Positions 50,601 through 63,212 of a stretch of DNA of 64,000 nucleotides are shown here, piece by piece. Made by a program: the position numbers and the translations under genes. The notes under the pieces are model-generated. The model saw nothing but the letters and a program-made list of their open reading frames with translations. It ran no database searches and was not told where the DNA came from. How positions within the stretch are numbered: position 1 is the stretch's first letter; every line of letters starts with the position of its first letter. The DNA comes from Mesotaenium endlicherianum (lineage: Eukaryota): the NCBI GenBank assembly GCA_009602735.1, contig WELA01001939.1:422846-486845 (forward strand), in the 5' to 3' direction.

Positions 50601-53360
50601 GTGCGTGCGTGCGTGCGCGCGTGCAGGCCTGAGGGCGGCAACGAGCACTCCATCTTCGTGGGGGACCTGGCCAATGACGTGACGGACTACGTGCTGACGG
50701 AGACCTTCCGCAACCAGTTCCCCTCTGTCAAGGGCGCCAAGGTGGGTGTGGCCCTCTGAAAGGCTCCGCCACCAGAGGCTTCTGTTTTGTGACTCCATTT
50801 ACGTAGTTCTCCCCCTGCCCTTCCGCCTACTGTCTGGCTGGCGATACGGTCTGCTTTCCTTGTGCGATGAGGACCAGCTGCTCTTTCTCCTGCTGCTGCT
50901 GCTGCTGCTGGGCCAGGAGTGCAAAACGCGCATGCTGCAGGCATACATGCATTGCGTGCTTGCATTCACGTCTGCTAGAGGTGCATGCTTTTGAGACGCT
51001 ACTGGTATGTTCCAAGATGGTCTAACTTATACACTTGAAGGCCCCATCTGTATACGGTTTCTGACCTTTGCTTCTCTCCCCCCCCCCCCCNNNNNNNNNN
51101 NNNNNNNNNNNNNNNNNNNNNNNNCCCCCCCCCCCCTCCCTCCAAACAAAACAAACAAAAACCAAGGAGCTCCTGCTGCTGCTTCTTCTCCTGGTTCCTG
51201 CTCCTGCTCCTTCTCCCCATGCTCCAGACAAGTCAAACGTCATTTGTTTTTGCGCTAAGGTTATTCCTCCAAGCCGGCCGGGAGGCTGCCCCCCCCCCCC
51301 TTGCCGACAAGCGCCTGCGCTGGCCTTGCGTGCTTGTGCATGTGTGAGTGTGTTCATGGTGTGCAGGTCGTGACGGACAGCGTCACGGGGCGGTCCAAGG
51401 GCTACGGGTTTGTGCGCTTCGGGTCGGAGGAGGAGCGCGACCGCGCGCTCAGCGAGATGAACGGCCAGTACTGCTCCAACCGCCCCATGCGCATCAGCGT
51501 CGCCACGCCCAAGAAGCCCATGCCAGGTGGCGGCGGCAGAGGTACTTCCCCTCCTCCTCCTCCCTGCCGCCTGCGGCCTGCCCCCTCTTTCATACCCTCC
51601 CTCCTTGGGCGTCTACCTGCCAGCCTTTCGCCTACTTTATCTGCCTGCCAGCCTGCCTGCCTTTTGCTCCTGGCCAAGGGCGCTGCCTGCATGCCTGCCT
51701 GCCTGCCTGCCTGCCTGCTTACACTTTGATCCGTTCTGGGAATGCTTCCCCTATCACTGAGTAACTCAACAGATGCCCCCCTCTTGCGCCTGCCTGTGCG
51801 CTGGGGAAGATGAGGATGGGAGTGGGCGTGGGCACCAGTAGAGCCGGCAGCTCCATCTATAGCAACGTCCTCGTACACGCTTGTGGGCACGTCGCATGCA
51901 GGGCAAAGGCCTGGATAGTTGGGGGCAGATATCTGGGTTCTTGTTTCCACGCAGGGCCGGCACGGGGTCGGCATAGGGCTGGTAGCGCTGGTATAGCCCT
52001 CACGGGTTTGTGTGCGCACACGTGTCGTCTCGAGGTTGTCTCGAGGTAGAGTGCTTCTCCGGAGCCTTGGAGAGCAGTGAGGGCGTGTCACCACGACGAT
52101 GCCTGTGGCAAGCGGGCGCTGTCAGGGGCTTCTCTCTTCTCGATGCTCTTCAAGGGGCTGGGCTGGGCTGGGCTGGGCTGGGCTTGCGCGGGTGGGTTCC
52201 ATTGCCGGAGTGTGTGAAAGTGACGACCTCGAGAAGCAACTTGGGAGCACTAGTGCTTGGGGAGGCCTTGTATAAGAGCCCCCTCCAGCACTCCCCCCTC
52301 CCTATAGCAGCCTTGTTCACGGCTGGAATGCGGGTGTGTGTCAGTGGCAACAGCCGGTGCATTCCATGCGGGAGGCCTTGCTTGCACAGAAGAGCCCCCC
52401 TCCCCCCCCCAGCGCCCCCTCTGTACATAGCAGCCTCCCATGGCTGGAGTGCATGTGGCGTAACATCCGGAAGCGCTCTGGGCGCAAGGCCTTGCTTACG
52501 GCTCTTCCCCATTTAAGTCCGTCTACGATACGGGCCTCTGACAGAGCCCCATATGGCTCTGCCTCGTTATCAAGACTTCGCTTTGCGTAAGGGCAAAAGG
52601 GCGCCGTATGACTCTGACTTGTATAAGGGCGGCGAGTGTGGGGAGTTCGTGTCAGAGGCTTGGGCGAGCGAGACGTCCTAGGTTGAGGGGCAGGCATCCT
52701 CATTAGTCTGAGGATGCTGTTGCTGGGGAAATACTGGTGGTCAAATTTGTTGGCTGCCTTGACACAGTTTGCCTTATTCCTCAACGCCTGCCTGCCTGTC
52801 CATCTGCGCGCCTGCTTGCATGCCTGCAGGGGTGTGCAGAAAGCAAATCATTCGTGTGTGTCCTGTACCGCAGAGAAGCCCCAGCACTATTCCTGGTGGC
52901 GTGATTGCGACAGCGGGGGTGTGTTGTGCGAGCGCAGGAGTCTCTGCGGAGGCAAGGCCCGTCATGGGTGCCGTGCATGCTGTCAGCACTCGTTGGTACC
53001 CTACCATACGCGTGCGGCAGAGGAAGGCGACGAGAGACTGACGTGTGTCGAGGCATACGTGTACGCTCGTGTCTCTATTCTTGTTGACCTCGTCTTTTGC
53101 AGGCCCCCCTTCTCAGCAGCAATACGGCTCGCCCAACGCCGGCGACTCGGACCCGTCCAACACCACCGTATGTGACACTCTCGTCTTCTCTCAATCTTTC
53201 TCTCTCTCTGTCCATCCCTTCTCCAATGCCTGGCCTCCCTTCCTCTGCACACCAGCTCTGCGGGCTCCTAATTGCACATGTGTATGTTATGGGGGTGGGG
53301 CTTTTCCCCGTAGTTAAGCCCTCGGGCCCTCTGAAGGAGAAGGCTTCTGCAGCTGGGCCC

Positions 53361-53435
<75 letters not shown>

Positions 53436-56400
53436 AGGGGGAGCGCATGCGTGTGCCAGGATGCTATGGCCCCTGTGTGTTTGTGGGCACTCGTGAGGCT
53501 TTCTCACGCCTGGGAGGAGGTTGCTCTGGATGCTGCCGTGGTCCTCACCTCCTCCTTGTGGCACGGTTTGCTCTGTGCCTGGATATGTCCTTTAGGGGAA
53601 GATTGCGTATGTCTGACATCTTCCAACCCCCCCCTGGCTTAGCCCGCCGCATGTCACTCAACTGAGAGGGGATGGCGGTAACGTCACGGGTCAGCAGCAT
53701 GCGCCGGCGCGTCCGTGCGTTAGACGTGCATGCGCTGAGTGCACGTGCTGGCCCTTGGCTGGTTCCTCCTGACTGGCATGGGGGCACTTGGGCGGGGTGT
53801 TGTTGGGGGNNNNNNNNNNNNNNNNNNNNNNNNNNNNNNNNNNNNNGGGGGGGGGGGGGGGGGACGCGAAATGGGGCAGGTCTTTGTGGGAGGGCTGGAC
53901 CCAGCCATAGGAGAGGACCAGCTGCGCCAGGTGTTCTCCGCGTACGGGGAGACCATCTACGTGAAGATCCCCTACGGCAAGGGCTGCGGCTTTGTGCAGT
54001 TCGGCAACAGGTACCACCCCCAGCTTGTTGTCATTGCTCTCCTGCTGCTCCCTCCTGCTGCTGCTGCTCACTCGTGCTCCTGCTCCCTCTTTCCCTCCTC
54101 TCTCTCTCTCTCTGGTTTATGGGGACGGGAGCGGGCGGAGGGCCGGGACCCTGGATTGCCCTTCAAAGTAGCAAAGGGTGTAAGAGGAGAGGCAGGTACG
54201 CGTGGTGCCGCAAGAGGAGCTGCATTCAGCGGCCGCCATCAGCACTTGGCGCGTGGCACTTTTGGGCCAGGCAGAACGCGTCGCCGCTCAGACCTGGCAG
54301 TGCAATGGCAGCAGCGCCGCCGTGTTTGGTGCTCACCCTGGCCTGCACACGAGCAGGCCTGGGGGACCTGTATTAGGGAGCCCAGATAGTATTGCGCTGT
54401 GGTTTCTGTTCACACTAGATTGCTTAATATGCCCTCAAGGTACCCTTTTGGGGGGGGGGGGGAGGAAGCTGGGAGCGACGGCCTCGCGAGGCCGGGAAGG
54501 GCCGGAGCCAGGTGGCAGCAGGATAGCCACTGCGAGGCTCTTCTCTGCTGGGCACCCGTCTCTGGCACCATGCAATACATGTCGCATCATGCTCCCTTCC
54601 TTTTTCCTGACAGCGTACGTGCTGCTGTGCGGATGGGTGCGGGGGTGCGTGGGCCTCGGGGGACAGGGCTAGTGCAGAGGCGGCGCTGCAGGGAGTGCAC
54701 GGCACAGTCATTGGCACGCAGTCTGTGCGCCTCTCGTGGGGCCGCAACCCCTCCAGCAAGCAGGTGTGTATGTGTGCCTGCCCATCTGTCTGTCTGTGGG
54801 TCTATCGGCTGTTCGGCCTGTCTGTCTGGCGGTCTGTTTGTGGGTCTATCTGTGTGTCTTGGTCGGTCTGCCTCGGCTTCCTTCACGACATTCCGTCAGC
54901 CTGTCTGTCCGCTGTCTGCCTCATTTCACGGCAGTATGTGAGCCTATCAACCCCTTCTTGCTCCTCTCAAACACCCCTCCCTCCTCATCCCCCCTTCTAC
55001 GCCACCCCCCCCCCCTTTATAGCAACAGCGCCGCGCAGCCCGTGCTCGACTATGCGCGCGTTTGTCATTTCCATCTCGATTGCTGTGCAGTTGCGTCTGA
55101 TCAGGCCTGTTCCCTTGCCCCCTCACTTAATTCAGTCTACCATCGCCCCATACCCCCTCCACACCGCACTCGGCCCTGGAGGGCAACGCCCCATCACAGA
55201 CCCTGTTCACACACGCAACGCTGCTCCTCAACTAGCTGGACCTGCCGAGGCTGGACTGGCAGCACCTCCTGTCCGCTGGCATGCTCTGCTGCTGCTGGCT
55301 TACGTGCACGCTGCCACGGGGGCTCGTGGGGGTCCTTTGATTTTTTTGGGGCCCGGGGGGGGGGGGGNNNNNNNNNNNNNNNNNNNNNNNNNNNNNNNGG
55401 GGGGGGGGGGGGAGTGGTCATGGGTCTCAGCAGAGGGGCCCACCTGGCGGCGGCGGAGGGTACCACCAGCAGCAGCAGCACCAGATGCCTGACCCCAACG
55501 CCTACCACCAGCAGGCGCAGGGCTACTACGGCTACGGCCAGGGCTACGACCAGTACGGGCAGCAGCAGCCAGTGTACAACTACGGCATGCCCCCGCCCGA
55601 GCAGGCGTATGCAGGGTATGGGCAGTACGCGCCTCCCCAGCATGCAGCTCCCCAGGGTGCGCCCCATGGGGGCTACCCCCAGCAGCAGCAGCAGCAGCAG
55701 ACGCCTGCCCAGCAGCAGCAGCAGCCGGTGAGACATGCGCCTCTGCCTGCCAGCCTCTCGCTGTGTGTCATATGGGCGCGCGCGCGTGTGTCGTGCAGCT
55801 TTCTCTTCTGGTGTCCTTTCTCGCTGTTAGCCCCTGGGGCTCCTCACTCCTAAAGAGCCCCCTCTTCTCCTCTCCTCAAGAGCCCCCTCTTCCGTTCCTT
55901 CCTCTTTAGGTTACTATGATAGGGGGGCATAGAATATTATGAAAGCTGGGCGGCTGGAGAAGATAGCGGCTATCTCCGTACGTTTGCGCTCCTGAACTGC
56001 AGGAACCGTCAGTGGGTTGGGCAAAGAGCAAGGTAGGGGGCGCGAGCGAGGAAGAGGGAGAGTGCTGTATATAGGGGAAGGCAGCGGAGCAAGGCAACAC
56101 ACTCGGCTATGGGACGAGCGGCAATGTGGAAAGCTTTGAGGATTTAAGGGAGGGGCATGCGGTGTGAACTCAGCGCTGCTGCGCGGAGAAGGGCCTGGAC
56201 CTGCCTGCCTGCCTGCCTGGGCGCTCTGTGTCGTGTTACGTGCCAACCTGCATGTGGCCAAAGTTTCGCGGGCGTGGGCAGACGCAATATGCTCGGGTAG
56301 CCGGGTGGGGTGGGCAGGCTTGGAGCGGTCCCAATGGGTTGCAGGCCCGCTGTTATGTCAGTAGTATTACTTCGTCCGTGTTGGTGTCAGTAGCATTGCT

Positions 56401-57153
56401 TTGCTTGGTTTGACGGAGGTCGGGTGGTGGGACGTAGTGCCTAAGTTTGTGAATATGCGCATGATTAGGAAGCGCTGGAAGAGCGGGAGGAGGATACGGA
56501 GGGCTTTTGTGTTGGAAAGGGGGTCCCCGGGGGGCCCCCGGGGGAAGAGAGGGGGNNNNNNNNNNNNNNNNNNNNNNNNNNNNNNNNNNNNNNNNNNNNN
56601 NNNNNNNNNGGGGTGTTTCTACGCGTGAAGGGGGAAGGAGGGTTTTGTGTGTCTCGGGGCGGGCTCGAAGAGTGTGGGAGGGAGAGAGGGAGGCATGGGG
56701 TGGCGAGCGCGCAAGGAGGGGGGGGAGGGTTGCCAATGAGTCTCTGTTGGAGTGCTCGAAGAGGAGAAAGAGGGCGTGTCTCGAGGAAGAGCGGCTCGTG
56801 GGGTTGAAGTCGGAGGGTTCACCCTTGGAGAAGAGGCGTTTGAGGGCTATCTGGTGGTAGTGCGGCGCATGTCTCTCCTCCTCTCATCTAAACTGGCGGG
56901 CCATTGCAGTAGAAATAAGACCTGGCGCAGGATACGTAGCATGCGACTTGCTGCTGACGAGTGCCTGGCTGCCCTCCTCCGATAGCAGTGCGGGCTGGCC
57001 TCTTACTTCTGAGTGCCTGTGGCCGAGTTAGGGAGGTGGGCAGTCGAGGAGCTCTTTGGCTTACTGCCCTCCTCCCTCCCTCCTCCACCACCTTCTCCTC
57101 CTCCTCCTCTGCCTCCTCATTTGCCTCCTCCGCCTCTCCGCCCGGGAGGCTGA

Positions 57154-57205
<52 letters not shown>

Positions 57206-57230
57206 TTCTCAGGCGAAGGAGACAAGATGA
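47676..57230 (+). CDS. RBP47: Polyadenylate/U-rich RNA-binding protein RBP45/RBP47 family (3 RRM). Exons 47676-47828, 48822-49003, 50627-50741, 51367-51541, 53103-53167, 53880-54010, 54667-54763, 55431-55727; last exon uncertain (57213-57230 proposed)
   Basis: KTLWIGDLQYWMDENYL, VIRNKTTGQSEGYGFLEF, FRLNWASF, SIFVGDLA, TGRSKGYGFVRF, RPMRISVATPKK, DPSNTTVFVGGLD, GKGCGFVQF, VRLSWGR. All exon phases join correctly; Q/Y/G-rich tail. Confidence 0.93.
53363..53431. repeat. (GA)n microsatellite in intron 5
   Basis: Direct reading. Confidence 0.95.
57157..57203. repeat. (CT)n microsatellite preceding a candidate acceptor
   Basis: Direct reading. Confidence 0.95.
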
Positions 57231-59988
57231 ACGGTGGTCTGTGCATTACAAGGAAAACCATTGCTTATCTTTGCGCTGCTTGGAGCCGCTGCTTGGAGCC
57301 TGAGGTCGGGTTGGGCGNCTCTGGTGCTCCGCTGCTTGCTGTGTGCTTTATGCTCCACCTGATGATTGATGCATGTCTTTCCCCCCAACCCTTCTGCTCT
57401 TTTGCGTGTCTCCCTACATGCTGCGTATGTTTTTGGCCACCCTCTATAGTTCCTCGTAGTCATTCTCTCGCCTCTGTTGCCTTTCGCAGCAGGCGCCGCC
57501 TACCTTCTGCCGAATGCTTCCGTTCATGTCACTTGCGAGTGATAGTATGTCGCATTAGTGGTCTTCCGCCAAGCGCAGCCAGCGGTGCTGGCTGGCCCCT
57601 TAGGTCCAAAGCAGCAGACAGAGAGAGCTTGAGATACGGAAGCTCTTTTAGCTCTCCTCTGTGACTGAGAGATAGTGGGCTGGTGTGTGTGTGTGTGGGG
57701 CGGGGGCGGGGGGGAACGGGGGGGTCTGGGGTGGTTGTCGCATCGTCAGCAGAGCGATGGCTCGCACTACCAGGGGGCAGATGGCAGTGGGAGAGAGCAG
57801 CATAGAGCCGAGCCCGTGTTTGACCCTCGGGCCCCCCCCGATGTCAACCGGTAAGAGCTTCCTCTGTGTGGGCGCAATCACGTTCACCCCCCAACTGTGC
57901 CTCCTTCCGTGCAGCGCCGTTGGCACGCATGCACGCACTCGCAGATTCGCACATTCGCACATCCGCACTCTTTTCGTCGAGATAGACGCACGCTGTCCCT
58001 TCTGTCTTCGTCTTTTCGTGTTTCTGCAACAGCATTCTTCCGCTCCTCTCTCTGCCAGGTAGTGTTTCAGTGCCCCCGCGTGCTGCACTAGGACAAGTGG
58101 CATCTCCTCAGCTTCTGACTCTTTCAGGAGCCTACTCTGCCTTTTTCGCCCGTATACTTTTCGCTTGCTTGAGGCAGAGCTTTGCGCTTAATGGGGAAGG
58201 GCTTTGTGTGGGCCTCCGCTGCCCGCAGCTCGCCGTGAGTTCCTCTGCATGCGCTTGTGTGACCCTCTCCGTTCTTAGCATCGCCGAAAGCATCTCCGCG
58301 CTCTCTACGGTGCTGATTGCTCCCAAGGGCTGGTGCCCTCTCCTTTTTAGCTGTTAGCGGAATAGAGCATTGCGACTGATGAGTGCTGCAACTGGTGTGC
58401 TCTGTGTTGTCTCTCCCGTGTGTGTGGGCGAGTGTGGGTGGGTGTGTGGGGGGGTGCAGTATGAACACGGCGTATATGGCAGCACATGAGCCGGGCATGC
58501 AGGCGCAACACGTGTGGGTTAGCCCCAGCAGCAAAGTGCCCACCTAGGCTGGCACTGCACGCGCCGATTGCCGATGCGATGACTACGCGAGTAGCGGCGA
58601 TGTGTGAGCTAGCCCTGCTTGTACCAGGTCTACCAGGTCCAGCTGTTGGCAGTAGTTGTATGTTTCCTTCGCGTCGGGACAAGCCTTGACAGTACCTACA
58701 CCCACACTTGAAAGGCTGCGGCTCAAGAGTGAGGGGGAAGTGGAGAAGTGGTATTTAGTGAGAGGGGGGGAGGGGGCGGGGGCGGGGAGAAGTATCGTAA
58801 CCAGTCGTGACTAGCTGCTTCCTTTTGCACAGGATGCTAGGGAGATGTTTTTTTTCTCTCCAGGAGTGTGTGTATCAGTTGATCATGTCCGGTGCCGTTG
58901 TAGGGTAGTGAGACTGTTGTTAGGGTCGGCAAAGAGATAGAGTGTGGGCACTTGCAAGGTATGTAGACCCGCTGCACCTGTTGCATACATTGAGCATAAG
59001 ATGACGCTGCCAGGAGAAAGAAGTAAGGTGGTCGTTTCTTGCACATGTAGGCAGTAATAACGCAGTTCCAGGTTGGTGTTACTGTGTAGGCTAGGCCTCA
59101 TAGGTGGGCGGCATATTCTGTCTTTTGCAAGCCAGGCAGCAGCAGCAGCAGTGTGGCAGGCAACTGGCTGGCTGCAGCTGTAGGTCCTCCCATAGCAGAT
59201 TGCGGACTCCGGTGAGCGAGGGGCCAGTTGCACACCGCCCTTGGTGGGAAGTTTCTGCAGATGTAGAAGTTGGTTAGGTTGCTTAGGGACATGTGGTCAG
59301 AAACTGGAAGTTCACACACGAACTTCCATTCTTGGAACCTACTTTGGGACTCCGACCAATTCACATCGTTTTCCAAACAATAATTATGTGCAATTTGTCT
59401 TCTGTTGGTTGTCATGTTTGAATGGAGCTGCAATTTCAAGTGTATCACACACAACTCTATGCTAGAACACACAATGTGGACTGCACAGCAAGAAAGCACT
59501 TGTGTTACGACATGGCAACTAGTACTTGGCAAAGAGCAAAATGGTATGCACTCAAGCGGTCATTGCTCTTACTCATGTTGACTATTGTCAAATGAATGTA
59601 TTGCACTTGATATGGCGATACAGAATGCGAACTGCTTGTCAAGACAATTGGGTATCTTCCAGCCAAGTATCGTAGGCACAGTGTTTACTGAGTCTTTCGA
59701 CAATTTTACTGCTTCCAATTTAGCCTGGCAAGAAGATATTATTAGTCAACTACTTAGAAGACGAGCTATCACCCAAAACAAAAGATCAGTCAAATTTCTT
59801 CTTCCACCTCTTTTTCTCTGAATGGGGTCAGCCCATTATATGCATACAGAAGATATGAGTACAAGAGGTGGAAGAAGAAGTCTGCGCTGAATTATGCTAA
59901 GTACCTTACAACTGCTCTACATCTGCTATGACCTTAGATTTACGCCTAACTAAGAAAACAGCATCCTAGTAAAAGAACTGTGGAAGCC

Positions 59989-61161
59989 TCAGTCGTCGGA
60001 CTGAAGTACACACTTCTGAGTGCGTCTGTTGAAGTTCAGCTGCACCATGAACTTCCTACCATTAACTCCTTCAAGATTGTAAGCCCGAAATGCATTTGTC
60101 TTTGGAAAAGCCACCTCACCATACTCCCACTCACACAGATCTGCATTCTCAATCTCAGAATTGGCTACGACATACCCGGGGATGTCCCGGGGTCCATGCC
60201 AGGGGTTTGTCGCAATTTCCGCCAGTTCGTGACCAATCTTGTCAATGACTCCATCAACACCCACGTCCCCATTGCTGCCCTGCCACGTCGCATCAAAGTA
60301 CCTGTAGGTGCATGTCCCGGGGCACTGCGTCCTGGCATTGCCAACAAAGGCAAAGGCCAGCTTGTGAACTCCCTTGAACATGGCAGATGTGTGATACGCG
60401 CACATGCCATTGCAGAAATCTACCATGTGCACATCTTCACTAGTCAGAACCATGTATGCACCCTTCGGGTCCAGAGGCAGGCGCCTAGGACCAGGGGTGA
60501 CAGCTCTGGCCACTATTCTTCTGATGTCATCTTGAGTGAGCGGGTTGAGAGCTGTTCCCTTCGCTCCACGGGAGTACTTATCGACAAATACTCCTCCCAG
60601 CCTCACTTTGGACGTCACTTTCGTCCTGGCATGATTCGCGTAGTACCGAACATTGATTCCCCACCAGTTCTTCACGGTATTGGCTCCAGCTTTGCCGTAC
60701 TTCACCTGAGAACCTAGAGACTTCACAAAATCTTCGATGATTACCCTGTTCTTTGGAAGCCAAGTCCCATAGTAGATGAGGTAGACACTGAACGGCTCGG
60801 TAAAAAGACCACCTCGCCAGTACTGCAGGTAAGGGTACAGACTAGCAGCGGCTGCCTGCTGGACAGCACCGAATGTAGTCTCGACGGAAGACAACTGAGA
60901 GACGGCAAATGCAGCTGTCTCGTTGCCTGCAGCCCTCAGTCCCGCTGCTGCTGAGGCTAAATGTGCACCCTTCTTGTGAACAGTTGCTTGGATGTGGACA
61001 TACCCATTCTCAGGATTCAAAACATCTGTGTTGCCACCAGAATTCTTACTGCCAGTATCAACTTCTGTCAGATTCACACCGCCTCCCGGCAACTGAATCT
61101 GTCCATAGGCAGAGAGAGAAACAAGCTGAAGAAGACCAACCAGAGAGAGAAGCCTATACAT
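59989..61161 (-). CDS. EXO: EXORDIUM / phosphate-induced protein 1 (PHI-1) family secreted protein
   Basis: 390 aa single-exon ORF with a signal peptide; motifs VYLIYYGTW, LTSEDV..DFC..MCAYH, AFVGNA..QCPGTC, NGDVGVDG....GHELAE.ATNP, ENADLC, G.NGRKFMVQ. Confidence 0.93.
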   Translation of the reverse strand: MYRLLSLVGLLQLVSLSAYGQIQLPGGGVNLTEVDTGSKNSGGNTDVLNPENGYVHIQATVHKKGAHLASAAAGLRAAGNETAAFAVSQLSSVETTFGAVQQAAAASLYPYLQYWRGGLFTEPFSVYLIYYGTWLPKNRVIIEDFVKSLGSQVKYGKAGANTVKNWWGINVRYYANHARTKVTSKVRLGGVFVDKYSRGAKGTALNPLTQDDIRRIVARAVTPGPRRLPLDPKGAYMVLTSEDVHMVDFCNGMCAYHTSAMFKGVHKLAFAFVGNARTQCPGTCTYRYFDATWQGSNGDVGVDGVIDKIGHELAEIATNPWHGPRDIPGYVVANSEIENADLCEWEYGEVAFPKTNAFRAYNLEGVNGRKFMVQLNFNRRTQKCVLQSDD

Positions 61162-63069
61162 CTTTGAAGCGGTCTATGTCGTGCACCCTGCGGAAAATTC
61201 GACTTTCGGTGAGCGCCTCAACTTCTCCGCATCAGGGAGAGAGAACCTGGAAGACAGATGAATGATTGAACTAGCTGACTACAATGCTTCTGCTCGAGGT
61301 TGCGTCTAAATGGCTCTGTTGATGGGCCAACTCGAGGCTACCTCAAAATTCCCTCTTGGGCAAGGGCTGGTGAGTGCTGGCTGAGGGCGCACTGTTGCGT
61401 TTCAGCTGCCGACTGGTTCTCTGGGCAGTGCAACCGGTCAAAGCCTCAACGCGCCAAGCCTCGCGGTTTCTTCGGTGTCATCCGTGATTCTTGATGGCTG
61501 TCGATTTTGAGATCTGGCGATTTCTGTACGAACAGATCGAAGTCCTCGTATCAAGAAGCGATTATTTGAATTTATGCCGGCTCCGAGTAGCCGTAACCTC
61601 CAAAATGGCGCCTTTGTTTGCGACCACTCACGCAATCCCACGCAAGGTACACACTCTTTACGCACGGAAGCACACGGAAGCACACGGAAGCATCCCAGCC
61701 ACTCCCACCACCTCCAACAATAATAGCCACTCTCAGCCCGACAATTTTGGAAGATGTACGATATGGTACCATGCAAGCTAGGTGCCAAGCAGGTGCCAAT
61801 CAACTTGCCAAGAACTGTCAAGAAGTTCTAATCGGAGGAAGATACAACAAAAAACCTTTCCCGATCAGCTAGCTGCACCATGGTCTGCTGAGCTGCACCA
61901 AACGAGGGCTTGTGACTGCTTGTGACGAGTGGCCTAGTATACGACTCGGCATGAGCGGGTGAGATTCAGCCGCTTTTGCTCGCTCTCGATCGTTTATGGT
62001 TTTTGTCAGTCGCAAGAGAGTCGCAGTTGATCGCCTTTAGTTTTGAAGGGAACGACTTCGACATAAGTTGGCGGAGATCGCCGGCGACCAACGGAAATCC
62101 CGTATCCAACTCTCCTAAAGTTGGAGGCATGATCTCTGGCACAAGATGCGCTATTGCCGATTTTCCAATGCCCAAACACCAACTGGCTTCAACGGCTCCA
62201 AACGGCTCGATGCCGGCCTTATACTTTTGCCAGCTGTTACGCACCACGTACACGACGGGCGAGGTATAGAAGGCATCCAATTTTATAAAGAACCGCACTT
62301 TAGATGGGCCCTAAAGCAGATCTGAAGCGGACTAAAAAGAACGTCGTAGAGAGAACCTCACGAGATTACCTATCTCACTTGATAGCGAGCTAGGTATACA
62401 TGCCCTCATTTCTAGTACACTACACGTAGGCACTTTCTCTTTGAAATGGAAATCAACTCTAGTGTATGAGTCCAATTTGGCATTGAGCATTTAAAGCACT
62501 TATGTATTCAATATTGCAAGATCGTGCATTGCAATCGAGTTTTTGAAACAATCAACAAATGAATTCTTGTGTATGTAATTAGCATATGTATGGTCCTCTA
62601 AACTATACTCTCAAACTGGACCACCTTCATAGCACGAACCTTCATGAGAAGTCGAGCATATCAATATTGATCGACTTGGATTTGGCCTTATGGAATTGCA
62701 AATGCGGCATTCCCACTTTCTAATTGCTACGTATACGCTACTTGCCCGTCGTTATCGCAAAAGTCATCAAACATTTGTGGAGGTTGTCATCAACTTTCAA
62801 GATATGTCACATACCTATGATGCTCTACCACAATGCTACATGAAACGTTTTTGAAACAACAGGATGCTCTGACGCACACAGCGCAGATTTTGAAAATTGA
62901 AACAATGAGCGGCTTTTATCACTCGAACTGCATACAAGACTCCATACAATACTTGTGCCACACAAAACAAACTTAATATAGTTTTGGTGGAAGTGAAGTT
63001 TATGTAAAAATTCCTTAACAATGTCAAGGCAATCTTAAAATTGTTGTGCGTTGAGTGTTGGGCCATCAT

Positions 63070-63212
63070 TGTAGTGAAATAGATAGATAAAGTACTTAGC
63101 AAAATAGAATACTTTATTTTGACAAGAATCTTCGAACACAAGTGGTAGCTTCTTGAACGTTCCTATTATTATGGAATTTGGCAAGTACAAGAGTGATTCT
63201 AGAATGCCTCTC
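63070..63212 (-). mobile_element. Family A LTR fragment interrupted by another family A element
   Basis: Reverse complement of the A LTR 3' end, starting TGTAGTGAAA. Confidence 0.85.

Noticed and set aside
59980..60717. 245-aa plus-strand ORF
   Set aside because: Antisense shadow of the EXORDIUM gene.
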